Shown: positions 30,076 to 39,514 of the stretch, in pieces
How positions within the stretch are numbered: the stretch's first letter is position 1
How the letters are laid out: each line of letters begins with the position of its first letter
Notes under the pieces: model-generated
The model's input: the letters and a program-made list of their open reading frames with translations, nothing else
What the model was told of the DNA's origin: nothing
The model's database searches: none
NCBI GenBank assembly: GCA_004292955.1
Contig: RDXX01000023.1
Location: 7,673-71,672 of the forward strand
Length of the DNA: 64,000 bases
Source: Oscillatoriales cyanobacterium
Lineage (GTDB): Bacteria; Cyanobacteriota; Cyanobacteriia; Cyanobacteriales; Microcoleaceae
Reading direction: 5' to 3'
Position numbers and translations under genes: made by a program

Positions 30076-32085
30076 GTGGAGAAGGGAACGTTAGTAGAAT
30101 TTAGAGTGCACGGCGACCGCCGCCTGGCCGTTGCCGATCGCCCTGACGGCAAGAAAAACTGGGTAGTGGTAGACGAAAACGGTCAACCGCACAGCATTCC
30201 GCCAAAACAAATCAGCTATGAAGCAGTCGGAGAAACTTACAAACCCTCCGACATTTCCAAATTTCTTAAAGAAGTAGAAGCTTACTCAGATCCGTCGAGT
30301 CTAGAAGTAGCTTGGGAACTTCTAGTGGGCGACGGAGAAAATACAGATCCAGAAGCCCTGGCTATGCTGCTATTTTCCGATCGCACTCCGGCGCAATGTT
30401 ATGCAGCTTATTGTTTGCTGTCCACAGATAAACTGTATTTTAAACAAAAGGGCGATCGCTACGAACCGCGACCAGTTGCCCAAGTAGCCGAAATCAAACA
30501 CCAGCAAGAAGTAGAACAGCACCGACACCAAGAATCCCAAGGATTTTGGGATCGAGTTAAACGGCGGCTGGCTGGGGAAAATAATGTAGATTGGGCAACT
30601 AGCGATCGAACTCGCCTCGATGCCCTAGAACGCTTTGCTACCCTCGGAGAAGAAGCAACTCACCGCACGCCGGCCTTAGAAACTTTAGCCAGCTTACAAC
30701 GTCCCGAAAACCCCGAAGCAGCATTTCAACTCCTAGTCGATCTCGGCCTGTGGAGTCCCCACGAAAACCTGTTTTTGCGGCGAAGCCAAATTCCGCTACA
30801 ACTATCGGCAAAGGTATTAGAAGTAGCGCAAAGCTGCCTAGAAGAACCCTCAACCGACTCAGACACAGATCGTCTCGATTTAACTCACCTCAAGGTTTAC
30901 ACGATCGACGACGAAAGCACTACGGAAATCGACGACGGACTCAGCCTAGAATTCCTCGAAAACGGCCAGCAGCGTCTGTGGATACACATAGCAGATCCGA
31001 CCCGCTTGCTTTCCCCCGGAGACGAACTCGACCTCGAAGCCAGAAAGCGCACCACTACAGTGTATCTGCCCACGGGCATGATCCCGATGTTTCCCCCAGC
31101 TTTGGCAACTGGGCCGATGAGTTTAATTCAAGGTAAAGAGTGCAGCGCCCTCAGCTTTAGTGTCACCTTAGATGAAATCGGCGCGGCCCAAGATTACAGC
31201 ATCCATATCAGCAAGATCAAACCCACCTATCGCTTAACCTACGATGACGTAGACGAAATGCTGGAGTTGGGAATTGAAGCAGAACCGGAAATAAGCGCGA
31301 TCGCCTCGGCGGCCAAACTGCGTCAAAAATGGCGCGAAGCCCAAGGCGCCATCAGCATTTTCATGCCCGAATCCGTCATCAAAGTCCACGGCGACGAAAT
31401 CAAAATCCACGTCATCGACGACTCCACAGCCAGATTGCTAGTAGCAGAAATGATGATTTTAGCTGGCGAAGTCGCCGCCCGCTACGGTCAAACTCACAGC
31501 CTGCCCATACCCTACCGCTATCAGCCGCAGCCGGAACTCCCCCCAGAGGAAGAACTGCTGGCCGTGCCCGCTGGCCCAGCCCGCGCTTGCGCTGTACGTC
31601 GCTGTATGCCCCGCAGCGAAATGGGTCTGACCCCCGGACGCCACGCAGGTTTAGGTTTGGAATCCTACACTCAAGTTACTTCCCCGATCCGCCGCTATAC
31701 CGACTTGCTGACTCACTTCCAAATTAAAGCCCACCTGCGGGGCGAACCACTGCCTTTTTCCGCCCAAGAAATACAGGATATTGTGATGTGTCTCGGTACC
31801 GCAGTTAGAGAAGCCTCTACCGTGGAACGCCAAACAAACCGTTATTGGGGATTGGAATATTTGCGGCGCAATCCTGATGAGGTTTGGGAAGCTTTGATGC
31901 TGCGCTGGTTGAGGGAAGATAGCAATCTGGCTTTGATTTTGTTGGAAGAGTTGGGTTTGGAGTTGGCGATGCGATTTGGTCGATCGGTCGAAATTGGCGA
32001 TCGGCTAGAAGTCAAAGTCACTCACTGCGATCCGCGATCGGACGTGATTAACTTCCAAGAGATGATTTTTGAAGCAGCACAATAG
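30076..32085 (+). CDS. RNB-domain exoribonuclease (RNase II family)
   Basis: TIDDESTTEIDDGLS catalytic motif, HIAD, YTQVTSPIRRYTDL. Confidence 0.95.
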   Translation: MEKGTLVEFRVHGDRRLAVADRPDGKKNWVVVDENGQPHSIPPKQISYEAVGETYKPSDISKFLKEVEAYSDPSSLEVAWELLVGDGENTDPEALAMLLFSDRTPAQCYAAYCLLSTDKLYFKQKGDRYEPRPVAQVAEIKHQQEVEQHRHQESQGFWDRVKRRLAGENNVDWATSDRTRLDALERFATLGEEATHRTPALETLASLQRPENPEAAFQLLVDLGLWSPHENLFLRRSQIPLQLSAKVLEVAQSCLEEPSTDSDTDRLDLTHLKVYTIDDESTTEIDDGLSLEFLENGQQRLWIHIADPTRLLSPGDELDLEARKRTTTVYLPTGMIPMFPPALATGPMSLIQGKECSALSFSVTLDEIGAAQDYSIHISKIKPTYRLTYDDVDEMLELGIEAEPEISAIASAAKLRQKWREAQGAISIFMPESVIKVHGDEIKIHVIDDSTARLLVAEMMILAGEVAARYGQTHSLPIPYRYQPQPELPPEEELLAVPAGPARACAVRRCMPRSEMGLTPGRHAGLGLESYTQVTSPIRRYTDLLTHFQIKAHLRGEPLPFSAQEIQDIVMCLGTAVREASTVERQTNRYWGLEYLRRNPDEVWEALMLRWLREDSNLALILLEELGLELAMRFGRSVEIGDRLEVKVTHCDPRSDVINFQEMIFEAAQ

Positions 32086-32241
32086 GATTTTAGATTTTAG
32101 ATTTTAGATTTTAGATTTTGGATTGCCAAAATCTTACTGACAGGAATTGTGCGTTTGCGGCTATAAACCAATAAGCTTAAGTTAGCAATCTCATTGAAGT
32201 GGGTTTTGTTTCTCTAGGGGCGGTTGCAAGCGCCGTCTTAT

Positions 32242-32586
32242 ATCATGTCGAGTCGATTACCATCACAAAAACCGTTTGTTTGTAGTGCGGACTAAAGTCC
32301 GCTTTCAGGCTGCGGACTAAAGTCCGCACGCGCGATCGAATCTGATTGCGGTAAATCGATCGCACATGATTAACTAAGGAACTAAAATTTAATAACTTAC
32401 ACTCTTAAAAGTGGGATGGGCCAGAAGATCCCGTTCTTTCTGGACGGGCGGGACGCCCATCCCACAAGAACAATAAAAATTGTAAGTTAAGCTGTTGTGC
32501 ATTTAAACTGTATGTCAAGAAATAATTCAAGTCTTGTGGGATGGGCTTCTAGCCCGTCCCGAATATGCAATTGAAATGCACGACAG
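32242..32586. mobile_element. Stack of three small inverted-repeat elements (about 32242-32370, 32392-32490, 32492-32586)
   Basis: End pairs ATCATGTCG/CACATGAT, TAACTTACA/TGTAAGTTA, CTGTTGTGCATTT/AAATGCACGACAG, each with an internal hairpin. Confidence 0.7.
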
Positions 32587-34026
32587 AATTCTATAAACCA
32601 AGTTCAGCCACCGCTGGAATTCATACCCCCAGCCTACAACCCCCTCATCGTCAATGGTTGTCAGCAAATACTCCCCTGGTGGCTGCGATTTAAGACAAAT
32701 ATCAGCCACATTCAAGCCGAAAACGTCGAAACCCTCGCCGAACTCTTCCACCAATTTCAAAATCAAAAAGTTCGCTTCTTACTCGCCTTCCGCCATCCCA
32801 ACTCCGACGATCCCTACTGTTTGGGACAACTAATTTGGAAACTCGTTCCCCAGGCGGCGCGCGCCAAAGGCATTCCCCTGCAATTCCCGGTACATTCCCA
32901 CTTTATCTACGATCGCGGAATTCCTCTGTGGGCCGGTTCTAGCGTCGGCTGGCTATATTCTCGCCTCGGCGGTACTCCGATTGTGCGCGGCAAGATCGAT
33001 CGCGCTGGATTGCGATCGGCCCGCGATTTATTCGCCAACAGCCAATTTCCCATCGCCGCCGCCCCAGAAGGCGCCACCAACGGTCACAATGAAATAGTTA
33101 GCCCCCTGGAACCGGGAATCGCTCAAATGGGCTTCTGGTGCGTTGAAGACTTGCTAAAAGCCGGACGTACTGATGAAAAAGTGTTGATTGTGCCGATCGG
33201 CATTCAATACCGCTATGTCAATCCACCTTGGGAACCCTTAGAAAAACTTTTAACTCAATTAGAAATAGATTGCGGACTTCCAGCCTTAGAACCCACCGAG
33301 ATTGCTAAATTAGAGGCAGAAAATCTCGCTCCCGCAGACCAGCATCACAAATTCCAATATCTGCGCCTGATTCGAGTTGGCAACCATTTACTAACAGTAA
33401 TGGAACAGTTTTACGCCCGTTTTTATCATCGAAATTTACAGTTAAAAACATCTTCTTTGACATTAATACCGCTGCCCGAAACAACGACAAACGATTCGGA
33501 AAATGAAGCGATGATTCCTCGACTGACAGCACTGTTAGACGTAGGCTTGCAAGTAGCAGAAGAATATTTTAACTTGAAGCCCAAAGGCAGTTTGATAGAC
33601 CGCTGCCGCCGTCTGGAACAAGCAGGCTGGGACTATATTTATCGAGAAGATATCAAAGATATTGCAGGACTTTGTTCCTTAGAAAGAGGATTAGCCGATC
33701 GCCTCGCTGAAGAAGCAAGTCTGCGGATGTGGCACATGAGACTTGTCGAAAGTTTCGTCTCAGTCACGGGCAGATACGTCCAAGAAAAGCTCACAGCAGA
33801 ACGTTTGGCAGAAACAACTTTACTGCTGTGGGACGTACTGACTCGCATCAAAGGCGGAAATCCTTTCGGCCGACCTTCTTTGGGCAAACAGCAGGTGCAA
33901 ATGACCGTGGGCGAACCGATATCAGTGGGCGATCGCTGGGAGGGATATCAAAGCAGCCGCAGGGTAGCAGTTGCCGAACTCACTCAAGACTTGCAATCCG
34001 CTTTAGAAGGAATGATTAAATCTTAA
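32575..34026 (+). CDS. Glycerolipid acyltransferase family protein; start codon missing or non-canonical
   Basis: Frame opens at 32575: SINQVQPPLEFIPP...FRHPNSDD (HX4D)...APEGATNG...VPIGIQY; ORF-track TTG at 32821 lies after the HX4D motif. Confidence 0.75.
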   Translation, partial: NARQNSINQVQPPLEFIPPAYNPLIVNGCQQILPWWLRFKTNISHIQAENVETLAELFHQFQNQKVRFLLAFRHPNSDDPYCLGQLIWKLVPQAARAKGIPLQFPVHSHFIYDRGIPLWAGSSVGWLYSRLGGTPIVRGKIDRAGLRSARDLFANSQFPIAAAPEGATNGHNEIVSPLEPGIAQMGFWCVEDLLKAGRTDEKVLIVPIGIQYRYVNPPWEPLEKLLTQLEIDCGLPALEPTEIAKLEAENLAPADQHHKFQYLRLIRVGNHLLTVMEQFYARFYHRNLQLKTSSLTLIPLPETTTNDSENEAMIPRLTALLDVGLQVAEEYFNLKPKGSLIDRCRRLEQAGWDYIYREDIKDIAGLCSLERGLADRLAEEASLRMWHMRLVESFVSVTGRYVQEKLTAERLAETTLLLWDVLTRIKGGNPFGRPSLGKQQVQMTVGEPISVGDRWEGYQSSRRVAVAELTQDLQSALEGMIKS

Positions 34027-34480
34027 TTAGTCCGAATCTGCAATTAGGAATAGGGAAGTAGGAAGAGAGACGCAGGAAGAGAGAAGCAAAAATAAGGATG
34101 ATATAGCAACCGCCACATAGGTTAGGACATAAATCATGTCATGAATAGATCCTATAACCCTTTAGCATAAACGGTTTGATTCTCGTACTATGTAACTGTC
34201 AACTGTCAACTGTCAACTGTCAACTGTCAACTGCTATATATTGCCTTTGGGTTGCCACTCTATTTTTAATTCGTGCAGCAAACAACTTGTTATAAACTTG
34301 GGGAAGATGTATAATAAGTAACTAAGTATCAGTGCCGGTTAATCACTGATAATAAAGTTGTTTTCGTTCGGCGTTTTAAGATTTTGAGGGCTGCCGTCCT
34401 CAGTACAAACTTAATTAGAATTATTTAACCGGACTCGATCTAACAATAAGCGCTCGATAATGAACCAACAAAAATAACCG

Positions 34481-35374
34481 ATGAATAACAAACCTATCGA
34501 TTTATCTACTAACTCAATTAAAGTAAAACTGCTGAATCATTTAGCGCAAGAATTGCTCACCCCGCTCACTTCTGTCCTCGGCATGGCAAGCGTATTGAAC
34601 CAAGAAATTTACGGCCCCTTAACGAGCAAGCAAAAAGAATATATCGACGTGATCCAAGACAGCAGCCGATCTTTGCGATCGCTAGTTGAAGAAATTTTGG
34701 AACTGGCAGATCTAGACGATACCGCTTTCACATTGAAGCGAACCGCAGTTGATATAGAAACTTTGTCTCAGCAAGTTGTGACAACCCTGTCGCCAGCAGC
34801 CTCTAGACGAGAGCAAGAAATTAACTTGTCAATGGGGCCCGGGCCGCGCATCTGGCTGGCCGATAAGGATAAAGTTCAGCAAATGCTGCACCACTTAATT
34901 TTTAGCATTATTCAATCGGCTGGGGCAGGCAGCGTGATTCGAGTCCACGTTTCTCGGAAACAAGACGGTATCAATATCGGAGTTTGGGTTTTTCATCCTT
35001 GGTTGGGTGAAAGTTTGCCCCATGCTAAACTCTACTCCGACTACTTGTTGAAGGTCGGAGCCGATCGCGGTGCGCGATCGAACTCCGAAACCGACTCCCT
35101 GGAATTTGAACCGCCACTTCGGTCACAGACACAGGCTTCGCAGCGATTAACGCTGGCGTTTTCTGAGTTGGCGGCTTTGGTGGCCGAGAATGCTGCGGAT
35201 ACGGCACCTGTGTTAGCTGGTTACGGCGCTAGGGAACGCTTGGGGCTGCTGCTTTGCTGCCAGTTGGTGGAAATTCAAGGCGGCAAACTCTCGATTCAAG
35301 GCACTCCAGAATCTGGATATCGCTACGTGCTCTGGCTCCCCTGTACCAATGCTACCGAGTTGTTGGAAAGATGA
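34481..35374 (+). CDS. Degenerate histidine-kinase-like protein (HisKA/HATPase fold, no sensor domain)
   Basis: LAQELLTPLTSVLGM where SHELRTPL is expected; degenerate N and G boxes. Confidence 0.75.
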   Translation: MNNKPIDLSTNSIKVKLLNHLAQELLTPLTSVLGMASVLNQEIYGPLTSKQKEYIDVIQDSSRSLRSLVEEILELADLDDTAFTLKRTAVDIETLSQQVVTTLSPAASRREQEINLSMGPGPRIWLADKDKVQQMLHHLIFSIIQSAGAGSVIRVHVSRKQDGINIGVWVFHPWLGESLPHAKLYSDYLLKVGADRGARSNSETDSLEFEPPLRSQTQASQRLTLAFSELAALVAENAADTAPVLAGYGARERLGLLLCCQLVEIQGGKLSIQGTPESGYRYVLWLPCTNATELLER

Positions 35375-35476
35375 AGTCAGTTGACAGTTGACAGTTGACA
35401 GTTGACAGTTGTTATTGGTTACTTGTTATTGGTTACTTGTTACTTGTTATTAGTTATTTGTTGTTATTACAGCCAA

Positions 35477-35548
35477 TAACGAACAACGAATAACGAATAA
35501 CGAATAACGAACAACGAATAACGAATAACGAATAACGAATAACGAATT
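35477..35548. repeat. Heptamer tandem array (AACGAAT)n
   Basis: Seen directly, immediately upstream of ictB. Confidence 0.9.
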
Positions 35549-35555
35549 TAAAGAA

Positions 35556-36995
35556 ATGAATTCAGTTTGGCAACAGTTAACTCTGGCAAATTTGCCGCTC
35601 TCTCAGTGGCAAAGTGGCAGTTATTTATTGAATTTGGCGATCGGCAATGCGCGCAGTTGGCGGCAGAGTAGCTGGCTGATGCAGTGGGCCGAGCCCCTGG
35701 GTTTTGTTTTGCTCGCCTTGACGTTCGGTATGGGCCCATTTGTAAACAACGCCCTGGTGGGTGTGTTGATGGCTGCTGCCGCTGCGTTTTGGGTGCTGCT
35801 GACTGTTTCGGACGATCGCGCGATCGCCCTCACACCCATTCACTTGCTGGTACTTTTGTACTGGGGCATTGCTACCGTCGCCACAGCAATGTCGCCGGTG
35901 AAAGCCGCCGCTTTTACAGGCTGGACGAAGCTAACGCTGTATTTGCTATTTTTTGCACTGATGGCGCGGATATTGCGAGATTCCCGTTTGCGATCGTGGT
36001 TAATAGCCGTATATCTTAATGTTGCTTTAATTGTCAGTTTCTACGGCGTGCGGCAGTGGATTGATAAAGTGCCACCATTAGCTACTTGGAACGATCCGAC
36101 TTCTACTCAAGCCGATGTCACCCGAGTTTACAGTTTTTTGGGCAATCCCAACTTGCTCGGTTCCTATTTGCTACCAGCCATTGCCTTGAGCGCCGCCGCA
36201 CTTTTTGTGTGGCAAGGATGGGGAACCAAACTTTTAGCGTTGACGATGCTGGTAGTGAATTGCGCGTGTTTGCGCTACACCGACAGTCGCGGTGCTTGGA
36301 TCGGTTTTGTGGCTGTGCTGGTGGTGTTTTTAGTCCTGCTTTGGTACTGGTACAGCCCTTTAATGCCTAGGTTCTGGCGCACTTGGGCGCTGCCGTTAGG
36401 GTTAGGAGGTTTGGCTGGAGCGTTAATTTTGGGAGTAGCTTTGGTGCCAGCCTTGCGCGATCGAGTTTCGAGTATGTTTGTCGGCCGCGGCGACAGCAGC
36501 AACAATTTTCGGATTAATGTTTGGACGGCGGTGATTGACATGATTCGCGATCGGCCAATCCTCGGCATTGGGCCCGGAAATACTGCTTTTAATAAAGTTT
36601 ATCCGCTTTATATGAAGCCAAAATTCACTGCTTTGAGCGCTTATTCTGTGCTGCTAGAAATTGCCGTCGAAACTGGTTTTATCGGTTTAATGTGTTTCCT
36701 GTGGCTGATGACTGTTACCGTCAATCAAGGTTTGTTGCAGATCAAAAAATTGCGCGACGCACAATTTAACAGCTCTCATTTAGAGGAAGAATCCCCAAAT
36801 CTCAAATCAAATCAGGGGTTTTGGTTGATTGGGGCGATCGCCACTTTAACTGGTATGATGGCTCACGGTTTTGTCGATACAGTTTGGTATCGGCCGGAAG
36901 TTAATATGCTTTGGTGGTTGATGGTGGCGATTATTGCTAGTTTTTATAGCAATTCTCAGCAGCAGCAAGATTCAGGTTTGACACAGGGCGAGTAG
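35556..36995 (+). CDS. ictB: IctB-family membrane protein (O-antigen ligase-like)
   Basis: RVYSFLGNPNLLGSYL, DSSNNFRINVW, GIGPGNTAF, HGFVDTVWYRP. Confidence 0.93.
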   Translation: MNSVWQQLTLANLPLSQWQSGSYLLNLAIGNARSWRQSSWLMQWAEPLGFVLLALTFGMGPFVNNALVGVLMAAAAAFWVLLTVSDDRAIALTPIHLLVLLYWGIATVATAMSPVKAAAFTGWTKLTLYLLFFALMARILRDSRLRSWLIAVYLNVALIVSFYGVRQWIDKVPPLATWNDPTSTQADVTRVYSFLGNPNLLGSYLLPAIALSAAALFVWQGWGTKLLALTMLVVNCACLRYTDSRGAWIGFVAVLVVFLVLLWYWYSPLMPRFWRTWALPLGLGGLAGALILGVALVPALRDRVSSMFVGRGDSSNNFRINVWTAVIDMIRDRPILGIGPGNTAFNKVYPLYMKPKFTALSAYSVLLEIAVETGFIGLMCFLWLMTVTVNQGLLQIKKLRDAQFNSSHLEEESPNLKSNQGFWLIGAIATLTGMMAHGFVDTVWYRPEVNMLWWLMVAIIASFYSNSQQQQDSGLTQGE

Positions 36996-37153
36996 AATAG
37001 CGATCGGAAAAATCAGGTACCCCTGGGTAATCACCGAAAAGCTTGCGGTTCAAAAATCGAACTTATAAAAGTAATGGCGGGGTTTTATCCCCGCCCGGTA
37101 AGGATTCCAGTTCCCAAAAAGCAGACAGCTTTCCTAAAGCTGCAAGCGATGAT

Positions 37154-37550
37154 TTGACACTCTCCGACCTGAAGGTGCGGAGATTCTTAAGAAGCTTTGA
37201 CACTCTTAAATACGCTGTCAAGACACATCTAGACGTTCAAAACAACTACCTTTTGGTGTTGCAATTACGCTTACTTTTTTGATTTATGCTTTCGTTCGCA
37301 CTTCTCAACACTAAGCCAGTTCGGTACGCTCCCCATCCTGCGCTGCTTGGCTGTGCCATAGTCTTTCTCAAACAAAGATGTTGAGGGTGTCTTACTGCCC
37401 GGAATTTCACCGTTCTAGGAATGGTTCTACGCGTAGTTGATACGCCTACTTGTTCCACATTGTTAAAAACTATAACACAGATTACTGGCAACCTAAAGGT
37501 TGCAACTGCGTTTCATCCCCGGCTTGAAAGACCGGGGTTCTCACGCGACG
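37154..37550 (-). mobile_element. Non-autonomous IS200/IS605-family element (left- and right-end hairpins, no transposase or TnpB ORF)
   Basis: Minus-strand left hairpin GAACCCCGGTCTTTCAAGCCGGGGATGAAAC and right end AAGAATCTCCGCACCTTCAGGTCGGAGAGTGTCAA; left boundary approximate. Confidence 0.75.
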
Positions 37551-37579
37551 CGCTATAGCCTTTCTCAAATAAGTGAGGT

Positions 37580-37742
37580 ATGCCCTATGCCCTATGCCCT
37601 ATGCCCTATGCCCTATGCCCTATGCCCTATGCCCTATGCCCTATGAGCACCGCACTGTTACTGAAAAAGGCTATAGTCATCAGTCATTTCCAATTCTTTA
37701 ATCTCAAATCTCAAATCTCAAATCTCAAATCTCAAATCTCAA
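37580..37742. repeat. Heptamer arrays (ATGCCCT)n at 37580-37625 and (AATCTCA)n at about 37700-37742
   Basis: Seen directly. Confidence 0.9.
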
Positions 37743-37851
37743 ATGGTATAAGGTGCACAGCGTGCACCTACATAACTACTACTACATACTACATACCTGT
37801 TAGTTGTAAAGTGCTAGTGGCGAACTCTACAAAAATTATCGAAAATAACTC

Positions 37852-38082
37852 TTATTCTTCGCTATCCGAAGGCATTGCAAATCTCGGACACGCATAATAT
37901 CCATCTCTATCTTTGCACCGCCGCCACGTCGTAGACTGATTCAATTGGAACAGCGTTGCGACTGATTCATTCACTGTGGGTGTAACAGTTGCAGGAGTTG
38001 GCATTGCTCTTGAGGCTTGACTTAGCTCCATTACCGTTATAATTGCCAGCATGGCTGATGAAAGCAAAACTGTGCGTTTCAT
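37852..38082 (-). CDS. Small putatively secreted peptide (76 aa, two Cys)
   Basis: Sec-type leader MKRTVLLSSAMLAIITVMELSQASRA; ATG overlaps the stop of the TPR gene. Confidence 0.7.
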   Translation of the reverse strand: MKRTVLLSSAMLAIITVMELSQASRAMPTPATVTPTVNESVATLFQLNQSTTWRRCKDRDGYYACPRFAMPSDSEE

Positions 38083-38804
38083 TTATTTGTTTTTTCCTCT
38101 TTTAATCGTTGACGTGCCATTCCTATCCATATATCCTCATCGAATTCTTGGGAATCCGCATACTTTAGACAAGTTTTCCACTGCGGTAGCGCTTCCTTCG
38201 TCTTTTTCATCCCTTCTAGGACTTGCGCTTTTAAGCAGTAAGTTGCAGGTCTTTCACTATCAAGCTTAATCGCTGCATCCAGATGCTGCAATGCCTCTGA
38301 ATATCTACCCTGTTTCAGCCGAGCCCATCCCAAATTTTTGAGTAAGGAATATTTTACTCGATCGTCCTCAGCTAATTTTAAACCTTGCCACAGCAAGTGA
38401 ACGGCAGCAGCATAGTTTTTCTTGTCTACTATATATAATCGAGCTAAATTGCTGTAAGCAGCAGGGAGACCCAGTTTGGCAGCTTGCAGGTATTTTCCTC
38501 GGGCGCACTCTAAATCTTGCACCTCTTCGCACAGCCATCCCAAATTGTAAAGAGCTGTTCGGCTCTTGGGATCTACGGAGAGGGCTAATTCATAGGCTTT
38601 TTGAGTATCAGCCAATCTATTGGCTTTGTAGTTTTCAAAGCCCTTATTATTAAACAGTGAGGCGAGTTCCGGCAACCCAAATTGCCAGCCGCCAAAGCCT
38701 ACTGCTAGCATCAGTAGGAATGCCGCCCACTTGGAGTGATGATGCTTTTTTGTTGGCTCTTTCATGACATTAAAAATGTTAGCTAACGGTGTCGTTTTTA
38801 GCAT
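38079..38804 (-). CDS. Membrane-anchored tetratricopeptide-repeat protein
   Basis: One TM helix followed by TPRs (ALYNLG, AAYSNLA, LLKNLGWA). Confidence 0.85.
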   Translation of the reverse strand: MLKTTPLANIFNVMKEPTKKHHHSKWAAFLLMLAVGFGGWQFGLPELASLFNNKGFENYKANRLADTQKAYELALSVDPKSRTALYNLGWLCEEVQDLECARGKYLQAAKLGLPAAYSNLARLYIVDKKNYAAAVHLLWQGLKLAEDDRVKYSLLKNLGWARLKQGRYSEALQHLDAAIKLDSERPATYCLKAQVLEGMKKTKEALPQWKTCLKYADSQEFDEDIWIGMARQRLKEEKTNK

Positions 38805-39188
38805 CTTTTAACTTGAGAGTTGGGATATTTTGTTGTCTAGATTTAATTGCCACCCTCATGGCATCATAATCTTAGGAAATGAAGGAAGGCTTGAACTCAT
38901 TTCTCATTTATGGTTTGCAACTCCACAGCCGAATGCTTGCCTCATGCTGCGATTACCTAGATGTATTCGAGCATAGGTTAACCCTTCGTGGGACTCCACA
39001 AGCAATCCGGATATTTTCAGGAAGATTGAAGATTGAAGCGGGAAGAAGGACAGTTGACAGTTGACAGTTGACAGTTGACAGTTGGCAGTTGACAGAAGAG
39101 CCCGAAGAGGTTGACAGAAGCGGTTGAGAGGACTGATGACTGAATGACTGATGATATGGTGTTCGCTCGATTAAGGGCACGCGCGAAC

Positions 39189-39248
39189 AGTTTGTAGTGC
39201 GTCCTGGTGTCCGCTCTGAAGCTGCGGACACCAGGACGCACTACGAAC
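39189..39248. repeat. REP-like palindrome (GTAGTGCGTCCTGGTGTCCGC variant)
   Basis: Inverted repeat seen directly. Confidence 0.8.
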
Positions 39249-39514
39249 CATTTTTATTATGGTTATGGATCGGACATGATAGGCAGCATCTGAGTTTTGT
39301 ATTTATAGTGCTGTCCCCGCTCGCGTACTATACAATACGCGAGCGGGGACGCTCGCACTCAAAAAAAAATGCTTTTTACAAAAATGAGATGCTCCCACAT
39401 AATATAACTGATGACTGTTGACAGTTGACAGCTTGCCCCCTGCCCGAAGAGCACAGTCGTTGGGTTGATAGGTGACAGTTGACTGTTTACCGACTAATGA
39501 CTGATGACTGATGA

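Noticed and set aside
37246-37491. 81-aa ORF inside the IS605-type element
   Set aside because: No similarity to TnpA/TnpB motifs; likely incidental
37154-37550. Group I intron (IStron) inside the IS605-type element
   Set aside because: GACUA and UAGUU could pair, but the G-binding G-C pair is missing and the Q/R element order is wrong
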